From positions 3,130-67,129 of the forward strand of contig CAYXGP010000002.1 of assembly GCA_964464515.1 (NCBI GenBank): a stretch of 64,000 bases of DNA, written 5' to 3'. The notes beneath the pieces were generated by a model. It saw nothing but the letters and a program-made list of their open reading frames with translations, made no database searches and was not told the DNA's origin. A program made the translations under genes and the position numbers. The stretch comes from an uncultured Enterobacterales bacterium. GTDB lineage: Bacteria; Myxococcota_A; UBA796; UBA2385. Shown here one piece after another: positions 45,418-57,021 of the stretch (position 1 is its first letter; each line of letters starts with the position of its first letter).

Positions 45418-48400
45418 ATGACCGGCCGCTCCCACCTCGGATGGACACTCACCGAGCAGCTCCCCGCCGCCTCCGCCACCGTGGAGGTCTGGCGTGCCCG
45501 CCGCGAAGCCCGCTCTGAAGAGAGTGGCGGGACGGGGGTTGCCGAGGCCGAGATCTACCTCGGCCCCGCGGTGCTGGCCGAGCGCGCAGCGACGCTGCCG
45601 ACGTGGGGACCGTTCGCGCCCATCGAGAGCGGCCGCTCCGGAGAGCACTGGGTGGTGGTGGTCCCCGATCGCCTGCACAAGACCATCGCCGAGGCGTGTG
45701 AAGCGCTCTCGCACCCGGCGCGGCTGGGTGTCGCCTGGCACATCGCGGCGGTGGTGGCAGAGCTCCACGACCACGGCGGCTCCCACGGCGCGCTCCACGC
45801 CGGCTTCACCGGGCTCGACTCTCAGGGTCGCCTGTCGATCCGCCCGGCCCTGGCTACGCCGATGGTCACCGAGCCCGATCCCTCCGCGAGCCCCACGGCC
45901 GTCGACTGTCGGCAGCTCGGACGCATCCTCGACGCTCTCCGGCTCGATCGCTTCGACGACCCCGGCATCCCCTTGCTCCTCGGGGGGCTGCGGCGTGAGC
46001 GCGCGCGACTTCGGCTTCAGCCAGGGCGCGCCATCCGTCAGGCCATCTCCGCCATCCTCGTACGCTGGCCTGACTGGTCCGACACGCTCAGCGGAACGCT
46101 GGGTGAGGGGTGGGGCACTGACGGCATCGCGGGTACACTCCGCCAAGTCGCCGACCCTCACTGCGAGCTGGCCCCGGCGCCGCCGCGCGGCACCGAGATG
46201 TCGTTCCGACCCACCAGCGGCTTCCGGACCAGCAGCGCGGGACGAACCAGGGCGGCCATGCGTCCTCCCCCGCGTGCGGTCCCCGCGTTCACGGCGCGAG
46301 TCCGGATGGGACCGAGCGGTCCCCTCGCCCGCTCGATGGAGCCGATCGCAGCCCCCCAACCCGCCGCGCTCAGGATGCCCCTGCGCGGGACCGATCCCCC
46401 CGCCGCACTCCGGATGCCCCTACGTGGAGCCGATCCCCCCGCCGCTCCCCCCATCGTCCGCCTCCCGCTCCCCGCAGCCCTGGGAGGGGCCCCCTCCCGA
46501 GAGGCGCCGCGACCGGTGCGGGTCGCCTCGGCCCACGAAGCCCCCGAGCCGGTGAGCGCCGCGCTGCGTGTCCGCCCACCACAGCTCTCCAAAGCCGGGG
46601 CCGTCAAGGCCAGGACCATCGACGCCGAGCCTGACGAGGCCGTCGAAGACGAGCCGACCGCCAGCGGCGTCCCCATCTCGCGTGCTGCTGCGGTGGTGCT
46701 CCCGACAGCAGCGATCGCGCAACACCTCCGCAGCGACCCACACCTCCGCAGCGACCCGCACCTCCGCGCCGAAGCGCCGACGGCGGTCGTTGTGTCGCCG
46801 CGCGTCCGCGTCGAACCACTGACTCAGGCGAGGCCAGCGGCTGAAGCGCCGAGGATGAAGGCGCCAGCGACCGTGTCAGCAGTGACACCCGCGGTGGCGC
46901 CCGCAGGAGTGACACCCGTAGCCGAGGCTCCGGAAGCGAAGACTCCAACAGCAGAGACACCCGCGGCGGTGGCTCCAGAAGCAGAGACACCCACGACTGA
47001 AGAACCTACAGCGGAGACGCCCTCACCCGAGTCTCTGGAGACAGGGACCCTCGAGACGGGGACCCTCAAGACAGGGACCCTGGAGGTGGGAAGACCCGTC
47101 GTGGAGACGCCCTCGATAGAGGCACTCCCAGCGTCGGAACCGCCCACACCAGAGCCGCCAGCGCCAGAGCCTGTGGCCCCGCCGGTCCCCGCGCTGCCGA
47201 CGAACCTCGACGCCGGCGCGATAGCCGACCCGCCAGGGCCAGACGACCCACCAGAGCCAGCCAAAGCAGTGCCAGCCAAAGCAGTGCCAGCCGAAGCGGG
47301 GCCAGGCGATGCAGAACCGGACGAAGCAGAGCTGGACGCCGAACCAGCAGACTCCCAACCAGCGGACTTTGAGCCCGACGCCCCCCGGCCAGAGGCACCC
47401 ACCGCGACGGCGTCGGAGGTCGCTGCGCCGGAAGTCGCCGCGCTGCCAGTCGCTGTGCTGCCAGTCACTGCGCCGGAGGCCGTCCTGGCGTCACCGGTGG
47501 AGTCTCCGCCGGTCGCCTCGCAGCCCCAACCCGCCGCGCCGAAAGCCACGCCAGAGCTGCAGGCCCCAGAGCCGCAGATACCCGGCCTACCGGAGCTGCC
47601 GCCGCTGGAGCCCCCCCTCGAACCGCCGACTCCAGCGGGCGACGGCGCGCAGCCCCAGGCCTCGGACACCCCGGCCGAGACGCTCGCTCCTCCCGCCGAT
47701 CGGCCTCCACCCGATCCGGGCCCGCTGTCACCCGCGGAGCTGACCGAGGTGGACGAGCCCCCCTGGCTCGACGCGCCCGTTCTGGCAGACCTGGAGCCGA
47801 TGGAGGACTCCTTCTCGTTCACCAGCACCTCGGACACCCCGGACGATCTGCTCGATGGAGTGATCCAGGGCGGCTGGGAGCGGGTGGAGATCGACTCCGA
47901 GCCGTTCGCAGACGACGAGCCGTTCATGTTCGACGACTCACAGTCTGCAGAGCCGCCATCTGCAGAGCCACCATCTGCAGAGCCACCATCTGCAGAGCCA
48001 CCATCTGCAGAGGACGACGAGCTGTTCATGGATGAGCGGTTCGCCGAAGACGACCCCGAAGAGCTGCCGATCGAGCGCCCGGTGAGGGTCGCGTCAGAGG
48101 AGCTGAGCGACGCGCCCACCGTCGAGACCCGATCGGCCTCACCCCCCCCGGCCATCTTCGCCGTACCCACCCCGCTGCCAGACGAAGACGCCCCCACGGT
48201 GTTCGACGAGTCACCGATGCGCTCCCCCCCGGTGCTCGACCCCGGGCCCGAAGACGAGACCGTCGCGACCTTCGAGCCCCCCGCCGGTGTGGCCGACGCC
48301 GCGCCGCGCTGGGCCGGCATCCGGGGCGTCACGGGAGACGAGGCGCGCGAGGCCGAGCTGGGCTCCGGGAAGTGGTCCGAGACGGGCAGCCGGTCGATCG

Positions 48401-48813
48401 AAGAGCTGCGCATGCGCATGCCGGAGGGCGCGCCGCGCGAGCTGGAGCTGGAGGAAGACAGCGGAAACCTCACGGCCATCGCCGCTCTGGCGGTGCTCGC
48501 GATGGTCCTGGCCGCCGCGTTCTACTTCGGCTCCCGCCTGGAGCCCGCGCCCGCCTCGGCTGGTGGAGAGACGACCACCACCACGGAGGCCGACACCGCG
48601 CGCGTCACCGTCACGACGGTCCCGGAGGGCGCGCAGATCACCTTCGGTGGACGGGCCATCGGCCTGGCGCCAGCGGAGGTGGCGGTGCCAGCCGACGACG
48701 TCCGCACCGAGCTGTGTGGGCAGATCGGCGAGCGGCGCCACTGTCGCTCGGTCACCGGCGCCGAGCTGAGCGCGCGAGACCCGTTCGTCTTCGAGCTCGA
48801 GCTCTCGAACTGA
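45418..48813 (+). CDS. Giant low-complexity protein: N-terminal degenerate kinase-like domain, about 750-aa Pro/Ala/Glu-rich disordered region, one TM helix, C-terminal PEGA domain
   Basis: AWHIAAVVAELHDHGGSHGALHAGFTGLD (kinase catalytic-loop position without the Asp). Multiple internal tandem repeats. TM helix LTAIAALAVLAMVLAAAFYF. PEGA-like ARVTVTTVPEGAQITFGGRAIGLAP. Confidence 0.7.
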   Translation: MTGRSHLGWTLTEQLPAASATVEVWRARREARSEESGGTGVAEAEIYLGPAVLAERAATLPTWGPFAPIESGRSGEHWVVVVPDRLHKTIAEACEALSHPARLGVAWHIAAVVAELHDHGGSHGALHAGFTGLDSQGRLSIRPALATPMVTEPDPSASPTAVDCRQLGRILDALRLDRFDDPGIPLLLGGLRRERARLRLQPGRAIRQAISAILVRWPDWSDTLSGTLGEGWGTDGIAGTLRQVADPHCELAPAPPRGTEMSFRPTSGFRTSSAGRTRAAMRPPPRAVPAFTARVRMGPSGPLARSMEPIAAPQPAALRMPLRGTDPPAALRMPLRGADPPAAPPIVRLPLPAALGGAPSREAPRPVRVASAHEAPEPVSAALRVRPPQLSKAGAVKARTIDAEPDEAVEDEPTASGVPISRAAAVVLPTAAIAQHLRSDPHLRSDPHLRAEAPTAVVVSPRVRVEPLTQARPAAEAPRMKAPATVSAVTPAVAPAGVTPVAEAPEAKTPTAETPAAVAPEAETPTTEEPTAETPSPESLETGTLETGTLKTGTLEVGRPVVETPSIEALPASEPPTPEPPAPEPVAPPVPALPTNLDAGAIADPPGPDDPPEPAKAVPAKAVPAEAGPGDAEPDEAELDAEPADSQPADFEPDAPRPEAPTATASEVAAPEVAALPVAVLPVTAPEAVLASPVESPPVASQPQPAAPKATPELQAPEPQIPGLPELPPLEPPLEPPTPAGDGAQPQASDTPAETLAPPADRPPPDPGPLSPAELTEVDEPPWLDAPVLADLEPMEDSFSFTSTSDTPDDLLDGVIQGGWERVEIDSEPFADDEPFMFDDSQSAEPPSAEPPSAEPPSAEPPSAEDDELFMDERFAEDDPEELPIERPVRVASEELSDAPTVETRSASPPPAIFAVPTPLPDEDAPTVFDESPMRSPPVLDPGPEDETVATFEPPAGVADAAPRWAGIRGVTGDEAREAELGSGKWSETGSRSIEELRMRMPEGAPRELELEEDSGNLTAIAALAVLAMVLAAAFYFGSRLEPAPASAGGETTTTTEADTARVTVTTVPEGAQITFGGRAIGLAPAEVAVPADDVRTELCGQIGERRHCRSVTGAELSARDPFVFELELSN
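47944..48012. repeat. 15-nt x4.6 tandem repeat (TCTGCAGAGCCACCA) encoding SAEPP x4
   Basis: Read directly. It lies inside the giant protein. Confidence 0.95.
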
Positions 48814-48815
48814 CG

Positions 48816-50765
48816 GTGTCCACCGACACCGACTGGCGGAGCGGCGTCGGGGATCTGCCGACGAGCCCGGGTGTGTACCTGTTCAAGGACCGCCGGGGCC
48901 GGGTGATCTATGTGGGGAAGGCCAAGAACCTGCGGGTCCGCGTGCGGCAGTACGCGACCGGGCAGGATGAGCGTCTGATGCTGCCGTTCCTCCTGCAGCG
49001 CATCCGAGCGGTGACCACCATGGTGGTGCGCACCGAGAAGGAGGCGCTGATCCTGGAGAGCACCCTCATCAAGGAACACCGGCCTCGCTACAATACGCGG
49101 CTGGTGGACGACGCCGGCTTTCTTCACCTGCGGGTCGATACCGCCGCACGGTGGCCTCGCTTCGAGGTGGTCCGGGAGATCGATCAGCCTGGCGCGCGTC
49201 ACTTCGGGCCGTTCGCGTCGGCCTCCCGCGCGCGATCCACCGCGGAGTTCCTGCACCGGCGCTTTCCGCTGCGCACATGCAGCGACCACGAGCTGCGCAC
49301 GACCACCCGGCCCTGCCTGATGCACCAGATGGGTCGCTGCATCGCCCCGTGTGCCGATCTCTGCACCCCCGAGAGCTACGCGGCGGTGCTCCGGCAAGCG
49401 CTCCTGTTCCTGGAGGGGCGAGACCGCGAGCTGGCGACGGAGCTGCGCGAAGAGATGGTGCGCGCCGCCGAGGACGAACGCTACGAGGAAGCCGCCCGGC
49501 TGCGCGACCTCATCTCGGCGGTGACCATCAGCACCGAGCGGCAGGACGTCGCCGAGGAGAGCTGGGTGAGCCGCGACATCTGGGGCCTGTCCCGAGAACC
49601 AAGAAGCGGAGACTCGCCCGAGACGGAGGAGGATCTGTCTCGTAGATCGGGCCGTGGGGGAGGCGTTCTGGCGCTGGTCCCGGTTCGCCGCGGACGGCTG
49701 CGAGAGGCGGTGACCTTCCCGGTGGCCGCGGGGATGGCCGACGACGGGGAGCTGCTCAGCAGCGCGCTGAACACCTGGTACGGACCCGGTCGGGAGATCC
49801 CCCCGGAGATCCTGCTGCCGCTGCTCCCCACCGACGCCGACGCGCTGGTGGAGGTGCTCTCGGAGCGGCGGCGGGCGGCGGTACACCTGCGACAGCCCCA
49901 GCGCGGTCACAAGGCGCGCCAGCTCGCGCTGGCGATGGAGAACGCCCGGGTGCATCACCAGCGCCAGGGCGCCGAGGAGGCCGGGCGGCGCGCCGCGCTG
50001 GAGACCCTCCAGCGGATCTGCCATCTGCCGCGGCTGCCGCAGCGCATCGAGTGCTTCGACAACTCCAACATCCAGGGAGCGGACCCGGTGGCCGCGCAGG
50101 TGGTGTTCATCGGAGGGGTCCACGACCGGGCCCACACCCGCCGCTACCGGGTCAAGACCGTCACCGGCTCCGATGACTACGCCACCATGCGGGAGATCCT
50201 CGGGCGCCGACTGCGGCGCGGGCTGGCCGAGCGGGAGCTGCCCGATCTGCTGGTGGTGGACGGCGGTCGCGGCCAGCTCAGCGCAGCATTGGAGGTGTAC
50301 GCGTCGCTGGGGATCGCGCACCAGCGCCAGGGACACATCCCCGATGGCGTGCCGGTTCGCGGGCCGGTGGTTCCGGTGATCGGTCTGGCCAAGCCCCGCA
50401 CCGAGCGCAGCCGCGGTGACCGCGAGGCGATGGACAAGATCGTCCTGCCCGGGGTGCAGAATCTGGTGCGCCTCCCCGAGCGCAGCCTCGCGCTTCGCAT
50501 GCTCCAGCGCATCCGCGACGCGGCCCACGAGACGGCCGTGGGATACCACCGCCGCGTGCGTCGGCAGCGCACCCTCTCCAGCGCGCTGGACGAGATCCCT
50601 GGCCTGGGATCGAAGCGGCGGAAGGCGCTGCTGAAGCACTTCGGCTCGGTGCGCGACATGAAGGGGAAGACCGCCGCGGAGCTCACCGCCGTCTCCGGGG
50701 TCGGACCGAAGCTGGCCGAGCGCATCCATCGCGCTCTGAACGCCACCGACGTCACCAGCACATAG
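48816..50765 (+). CDS. uvrC: Excinuclease ABC subunit C
   Basis: GIY-YIG domain (PGVYLFKDRRGRVIYVGKAKNLRVRVRQY, EALILESTLIKEHRPRYN). UVR motif EEAARLRD. Endonuclease domain IECFDNSNIQG. C-terminal HhH IPGLGSKRRKALLKHFGS. GTG 48816. Confidence 0.95.
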   Translation: MSTDTDWRSGVGDLPTSPGVYLFKDRRGRVIYVGKAKNLRVRVRQYATGQDERLMLPFLLQRIRAVTTMVVRTEKEALILESTLIKEHRPRYNTRLVDDAGFLHLRVDTAARWPRFEVVREIDQPGARHFGPFASASRARSTAEFLHRRFPLRTCSDHELRTTTRPCLMHQMGRCIAPCADLCTPESYAAVLRQALLFLEGRDRELATELREEMVRAAEDERYEEAARLRDLISAVTISTERQDVAEESWVSRDIWGLSREPRSGDSPETEEDLSRRSGRGGGVLALVPVRRGRLREAVTFPVAAGMADDGELLSSALNTWYGPGREIPPEILLPLLPTDADALVEVLSERRRAAVHLRQPQRGHKARQLALAMENARVHHQRQGAEEAGRRAALETLQRICHLPRLPQRIECFDNSNIQGADPVAAQVVFIGGVHDRAHTRRYRVKTVTGSDDYATMREILGRRLRRGLAERELPDLLVVDGGRGQLSAALEVYASLGIAHQRQGHIPDGVPVRGPVVPVIGLAKPRTERSRGDREAMDKIVLPGVQNLVRLPERSLALRMLQRIRDAAHETAVGYHRRVRRQRTLSSALDEIPGLGSKRRKALLKHFGSVRDMKGKTAAELTAVSGVGPKLAERIHRALNATDVTST

Positions 50766-50774
50766 AATGCAGGC

Positions 50775-52697
<1,923 letters not shown>

Positions 52698-52726
52698 CCA
52701 TCCCGCGACCCCGGCATCTCGGCAGC

Positions 52727-52767
52727 CCTGACATTCCGGGAGAGAAGCCTGACATTCCGGCAGAGAA
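52727..52767 (+). promoter_or_regulatory. Two 20-nt direct repeats (CCTGACATTCCGG[G/C]AGAGAA, 19/20 identical) with a 21-bp period, 52-92 nt upstream of ATG 52819
   Basis: Read directly (52727-52746 and 52748-52767). Each copy contains a TGACA -35-like core. A regulatory role is inferred only from position and helical phasing. Confidence 0.4.
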
Positions 52768-52818
52768 AGGAGCCGCGAGGTAGAGTCTCCCCCACCGCGT
52801 CCAGCCTGGGAGACACCG

Positions 52819-54363
52819 ATGCTTTGCCACACCCTCACCATGATGTCCGTCAACTTCGCGATGGACGGCTGGCGCCCCAACTCCCTGGGCTTCATCGACA
52901 GCACCACCCACCCCATCCGCTGCCACTGGAAGTACGCCGACAACGAGAAGGACTGCGCCAACATCCTGGCGTCCGCCGAGGAGGCCTGGGACGCGCAGGT
53001 GACCGACATGGGCTTCGAGGCGCCCACGCCTGACACCGACGGGATCCTCGACTTCTACATCGCGGACGACTGGACCAAGGGCGGCGCGTGGACAGCCTGC
53101 AACGACATGCGCGACTCGGACTCCGGGGACGGTCGTCGGAGCTGCCCCGCCTACGTGGTGATGGATCCGCACTACTCCGGCAAGAAGCTCCGAGCGACAG
53201 TGGTCCACGAGTTCAACCACGTCGTGCAGTTCTCCCATGACTTCATGGAGCCGTCGTACCTCATCTGGGAGGGGATGGCGTCCGCCGCCGAGCCCTGGAC
53301 CTCCAATCGCTACCAGACGTACATCAGCTACGTCCAGGCCTTCCAGGACGACCCCTGGCTCGGCCTCCTCGGAGACTCCTACTACCTGTGGGACGCCCAT
53401 CGCATCTGGTCATACTACGAGTACGGCGGCGCTGTCTGGGCGCTGCACATGGACGACGTGTGGGGCGGCGCGGTGGACGGCGAGGCCGGCGCGGATCTGT
53501 GGTGGGCGGCCAGCGAAGAGAGCGCGGGCACCGAGAACGAGCCCGACATCATGGACGCCTACGACACGGTGACCGGCGATTGGCAGGTGGCCCTGCTGGA
53601 TCTGGCGCAGGCGCGCGCGCGAATCGGAACCGAGCACGCGCCCGCCTGGGCGACCTTCACGCAGGACGTCCCGGACTCATACGCCGACGGCACCATCGCA
53701 TACGAGGCCCACGTGGAGTGGGCGGATCTCCCCGTGACGATCACGCCGGAGTTCATGCCCTTCGAGACCGGCATGGTCTACGTCCAGATCGGCAGCGTCC
53801 CTGAAGACGCCGCAGTGAAGGTGCGGCTCAAGGGAGACGAGGGGGTCACCTGGGGAGCGTTCTCGGTCGATGGGGCGGATGGAGACTGGGCCATCGCCAA
53901 TACCCTCACGCAGAACGGCAGCGGCGGCGACGTGATGATGGGAGCGGTCAACCTGGGTCCCCCGGAATTCGACGCCGATCCCGGGGGCTTCGGCACGTTC
54001 CCGGGCAACAACCTGCAGGCGTGGGACGTGCTCCTCGAGTTCGAGCAGGCTGAGCGGGTCGAGGACACCACGACGGGGACCACCGGCGGATCGACCACCG
54101 GCGGATCGACCACCGGTGGATCGACCTCCGGCGGATCGACCACCGGCGGAACCACGGGCGCCACCGGCGGCGCGACCTCCGGCGGCACGAGCGGCGGATC
54201 CGGCGGCGACGACACCGGTCGCCCGCCCCTGAAAGACGACACCGAAGAGCCGACGGGCTGTGGCTGCGCGAGCGGCCCGACCGGCGGGCTGTCCTGGATC
54301 GCGGTGACAGCGCTGGCTGCTGCCCTCCGGAGGCGAAGAGACACAGCGTCACACCAGGCTTGA
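52819..54363 (+). CDS. Metzincin-like zinc metalloprotease candidate with a MYXO-CTERM sorting tail
   Basis: HEFNHVVQFSH matches HExxHxxxxxH. Gly/Thr/Ser linker. C-terminal TGCGCASGPTGGLSWIAVTALAAALRRRR. GGGAG RBS before the ATG. No N-terminal signal peptide is visible. Confidence 0.7.
   Translation: MLCHTLTMMSVNFAMDGWRPNSLGFIDSTTHPIRCHWKYADNEKDCANILASAEEAWDAQVTDMGFEAPTPDTDGILDFYIADDWTKGGAWTACNDMRDSDSGDGRRSCPAYVVMDPHYSGKKLRATVVHEFNHVVQFSHDFMEPSYLIWEGMASAAEPWTSNRYQTYISYVQAFQDDPWLGLLGDSYYLWDAHRIWSYYEYGGAVWALHMDDVWGGAVDGEAGADLWWAASEESAGTENEPDIMDAYDTVTGDWQVALLDLAQARARIGTEHAPAWATFTQDVPDSYADGTIAYEAHVEWADLPVTITPEFMPFETGMVYVQIGSVPEDAAVKVRLKGDEGVTWGAFSVDGADGDWAIANTLTQNGSGGDVMMGAVNLGPPEFDADPGGFGTFPGNNLQAWDVLLEFEQAERVEDTTTGTTGGSTTGGSTTGGSTSGGSTTGGTTGATGGATSGGTSGGSGGDDTGRPPLKDDTEEPTGCGCASGPTGGLSWIAVTALAAALRRRRDTASHQA
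54085..54159. repeat. 15-nt x5 tandem repeat (GGCGGATCGACCACC) encoding GGSTT x5 in the linker before MYXO-CTERM
   Basis: Read directly. Confidence 0.95.
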
Positions 54364-54427
54364 AGTCCCCCGCGGGTGGCGCTACCTTGGGCGGCCACGA
54401 CGGACTCCACCAACAGAGGTCCCGCCC

Positions 54428-56035
54428 ATGACACCCACCGCCCTGCTCGTCGGGCTCGTCCTCAAGGGCGGTCCAACCGCCTACGCCCAGGACCCCGCAG
54501 CGCCCCCCGCGAGCGATGCACCAGCAGCCCCCGCCGCTTCGACTGAGGCGGAAGAGGGCACAGGAGAGTCCGCCGCAGGAGAGTCCACCGCAGGGGAAGC
54601 AACTGCAGGGGAAGCAGCTGCAGCTGACCCGGCTGAAGGGGCCGCGGAAGAGGCCGCCCCCGCCGCGGCGCTCCAGCCCCACGTGATCGGCATCTACTCC
54701 AACGGCGTGCTGTACCTCGACGGTGAGCCCTCCGGCCGGGGAGCGGTGCGCAAGGAAATCCGCGACCGCTTCGAGGCGGCCCCGGAGACCCCCTGGTTGA
54801 TCCAGGTGCATCCGTCGGCGACCACCGCGGGACCAGAGCTGGGCTGGCTGCTGGGTACGCTCGGCCGGACCGGGATCATCGACTACCAGATCGCCCGTGA
54901 GGCCTGGGAGCCGCCCAGCGCTGAAGCCGTCGCGACCGCTGCCGCTCCAAGCACACCAGGCGCCGCATGCGCTGCAGCGGCGCCGTCGTGGGTCCGGCCC
55001 ATCAGCGATGCCCGGGTCGGTCTGCAGGCGGGTAACACCAACGCTCTGTGGGACGACAACGAGGAGATCCCGCCCTTCGATCTCCAGTTCCAGGTGCTGC
55101 GCGCCGCGGTGGGGGCTCACGCGGAGCTGGGTGATCACGTCGACACGCGGATCCTCCTGAACGTCATCGAGAACCACGACACGTGGACTGCCGACTTCAC
55201 CACCGCCTCCGGAGAGACCGGCAGCGTCGAGGTACCGGCCACTGCAGAGGGTTGGACGCCGCGGGTCCGCGACCTGTGGGCCGATCTCGCCTTCAGCGAG
55301 CGCACCCACATGCGGGTGGGTATGCAGTCCGGCATCCTGGGACCCCAGGACTCCTGGAGCAACTCACCCACCGGCTACGACACCGGCGGGGTGGCCTCCG
55401 ATTCTCTGGTGCAGATCGCCGGCATCGAGCAGGATCGCATGCTCGGCGCGAAGGCCTCCTCGACCTGGAGCGACGGCGCTTACACGCTGGAGGTGATGGC
55501 CGCCAACACCGAGGGCTCCATCGGCGCCGAGGAAGACAACCCCAAGGCGCTGTCCGCGCGGGCCACCATCGGCCTGGGAGAGAAGGTGCGCGCGATGGTC
55601 TCGGGAAAGACCCGGCTCGGCGGCGACGACACCCAGACGGCGATGGACGTCACGCTCGAGGTGCGCGGTGAGCGCGCGCGAGTGCTGGCGGAGTACCTCG
55701 GCGGCTCGCAGGGCGAGGACGGCGCCGAAGCCAGGTCCTTCGTCGGTTTCCAGGTGGGCGCTGCGGCCGATCTGGACGTCGACGCAGATCCCATCGACAA
55801 ATTCTCGCTCGTCGCCCGCCACGCCTTCTTCGATCCGCGCGCGCAGGAGCAGATCACTGTCAACACGCGGGAGTACACCGCCTGGTCGGTCACCGGCGTG
55901 GGGCTGCAGGAGTGGTGGGTGGTGCGCGATGAGGCGAGCTTCGCCACCATGCTCGGATACGAGTTCGTCGTGCCGATGGATGAGGAAGCCCAGATCGAGC
56001 ACCGCGGCACCCTGCAGTGGCTGTGGGGCTTCTGA
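54428..56035 (+). CDS. Outer-membrane porin-like beta-barrel protein with an N-terminal periplasmic module
   Basis: Signal peptide ..LVGLVLKGGPTAYA. Acidic A/E/G repeat. An approximately 80-aa segment resembling the ExbD/TolR fold (by eye). Long alternating beta pattern ending LQWLWGF (aromatic C-terminus). Confidence 0.65.
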   Translation: MTPTALLVGLVLKGGPTAYAQDPAAPPASDAPAAPAASTEAEEGTGESAAGESTAGEATAGEAAAADPAEGAAEEAAPAAALQPHVIGIYSNGVLYLDGEPSGRGAVRKEIRDRFEAAPETPWLIQVHPSATTAGPELGWLLGTLGRTGIIDYQIAREAWEPPSAEAVATAAAPSTPGAACAAAAPSWVRPISDARVGLQAGNTNALWDDNEEIPPFDLQFQVLRAAVGAHAELGDHVDTRILLNVIENHDTWTADFTTASGETGSVEVPATAEGWTPRVRDLWADLAFSERTHMRVGMQSGILGPQDSWSNSPTGYDTGGVASDSLVQIAGIEQDRMLGAKASSTWSDGAYTLEVMAANTEGSIGAEEDNPKALSARATIGLGEKVRAMVSGKTRLGGDDTQTAMDVTLEVRGERARVLAEYLGGSQGEDGAEARSFVGFQVGAAADLDVDADPIDKFSLVARHAFFDPRAQEQITVNTREYTAWSVTGVGLQEWWVVRDEASFATMLGYEFVVPMDEEAQIEHRGTLQWLWGF

Positions 56036-56046
56036 CGAAAAACTCC

Positions 56047-56988
56047 GTGACCACCCCCCTCTGCACGTCCTGCCAGTCCCCGCACCCCACCATGGGGATC
56101 TGTCTGGAGTGCGGCGCCATCGCCCTGAACCCGAGCACCTGGCCGCAGCGTCTCCCGGTGGGGGTCGGCGAGCACAGGTACCGGGTGTTCGGGCGCATCG
56201 CCCGCGGCGAGAGCAGCGACGTCTTCATGGCCTGTCGCGACGCCCACCCCACCGAGCGGGTGGTGCTGAAGGTGCTGCGCGCCAGCGGTGACGAGGTGCT
56301 GATGGTCCGCGAGTGGCGCGCGCTGGAGGCGCTGTGGGCTTCTGAAGTCCAGGGGGCGGATTTCTTCCGCCAGCAGCTTCCCCAGCCGGTAGCCCAGGGG
56401 CCGCTGACCCGCGCCAGCGGACGGGACGGGCATGCCTCGGTCTTCCGATGGCGCAGCGGCTTCTGCCTGACGCTGGCCGACGCCGCGCGGGCCTTCCCGG
56501 GGGGACTCGATCCCCGCGCGGCGGTCTGGATGTGGCGGCGCCTGCTGGAGCTGCTCGGGTGGGTGCATCGCAGCGGGTGGGTCCACGGAGCGGTGCTCCC
56601 GCAGCACATCCTGCTGCACGAGCGCGATCACGGCGCGACCCTGGTGGGCTGGTCAGCGGCGTGCGCGATCGGTGCCGCCGCGCCGGTCATCCTCTGCCGA
56701 AGCGCGGGCCCGTACTACTCTGAGCGACGATGGAGCGGCGCGCGCCCCACGCCGACCTCCGATCTCGCGATGAGCGCGCGGTGCATGGCCCGAGTGCTCG
56801 GGGGAGATGCACGGTCGATGGAGCTGCCCGCAGCGGTTCCGCGTCCGCTCGTAGAGCTGCTGACCCGCGCAGCCGAAGAGCGAACAGACGACGCCTGGGC
56901 GCTCAACGACGCAGTCGAGGCCGCGGCCCGGCGAATCTACGGCCCGCCGCGGTACATACGATTTCGCATTCCGCGTGAGCCCGCGTGA
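56047..56988 (+). CDS. Zn-ribbon protein-kinase-like protein, predicted pseudokinase
   Basis: CTSC..x11..CLEC ribbon. GRIARGESSDVF Gly-loop-like segment. VVLKVL Lys. VHGAVLPQH in place of HRDxxxxN. No DFG Asp. The start may be GTG 56047, 56023 or 56017. Confidence 0.7.
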   Translation: MTTPLCTSCQSPHPTMGICLECGAIALNPSTWPQRLPVGVGEHRYRVFGRIARGESSDVFMACRDAHPTERVVLKVLRASGDEVLMVREWRALEALWASEVQGADFFRQQLPQPVAQGPLTRASGRDGHASVFRWRSGFCLTLADAARAFPGGLDPRAAVWMWRRLLELLGWVHRSGWVHGAVLPQHILLHERDHGATLVGWSAACAIGAAAPVILCRSAGPYYSERRWSGARPTPTSDLAMSARCMARVLGGDARSMELPAAVPRPLVELLTRAAEERTDDAWALNDAVEAAARRIYGPPRYIRFRIPREPA

Positions 56989-57021
56989 GCCCGCGATAGC
57001 CAACGCAGACGGAGGCCCCCC

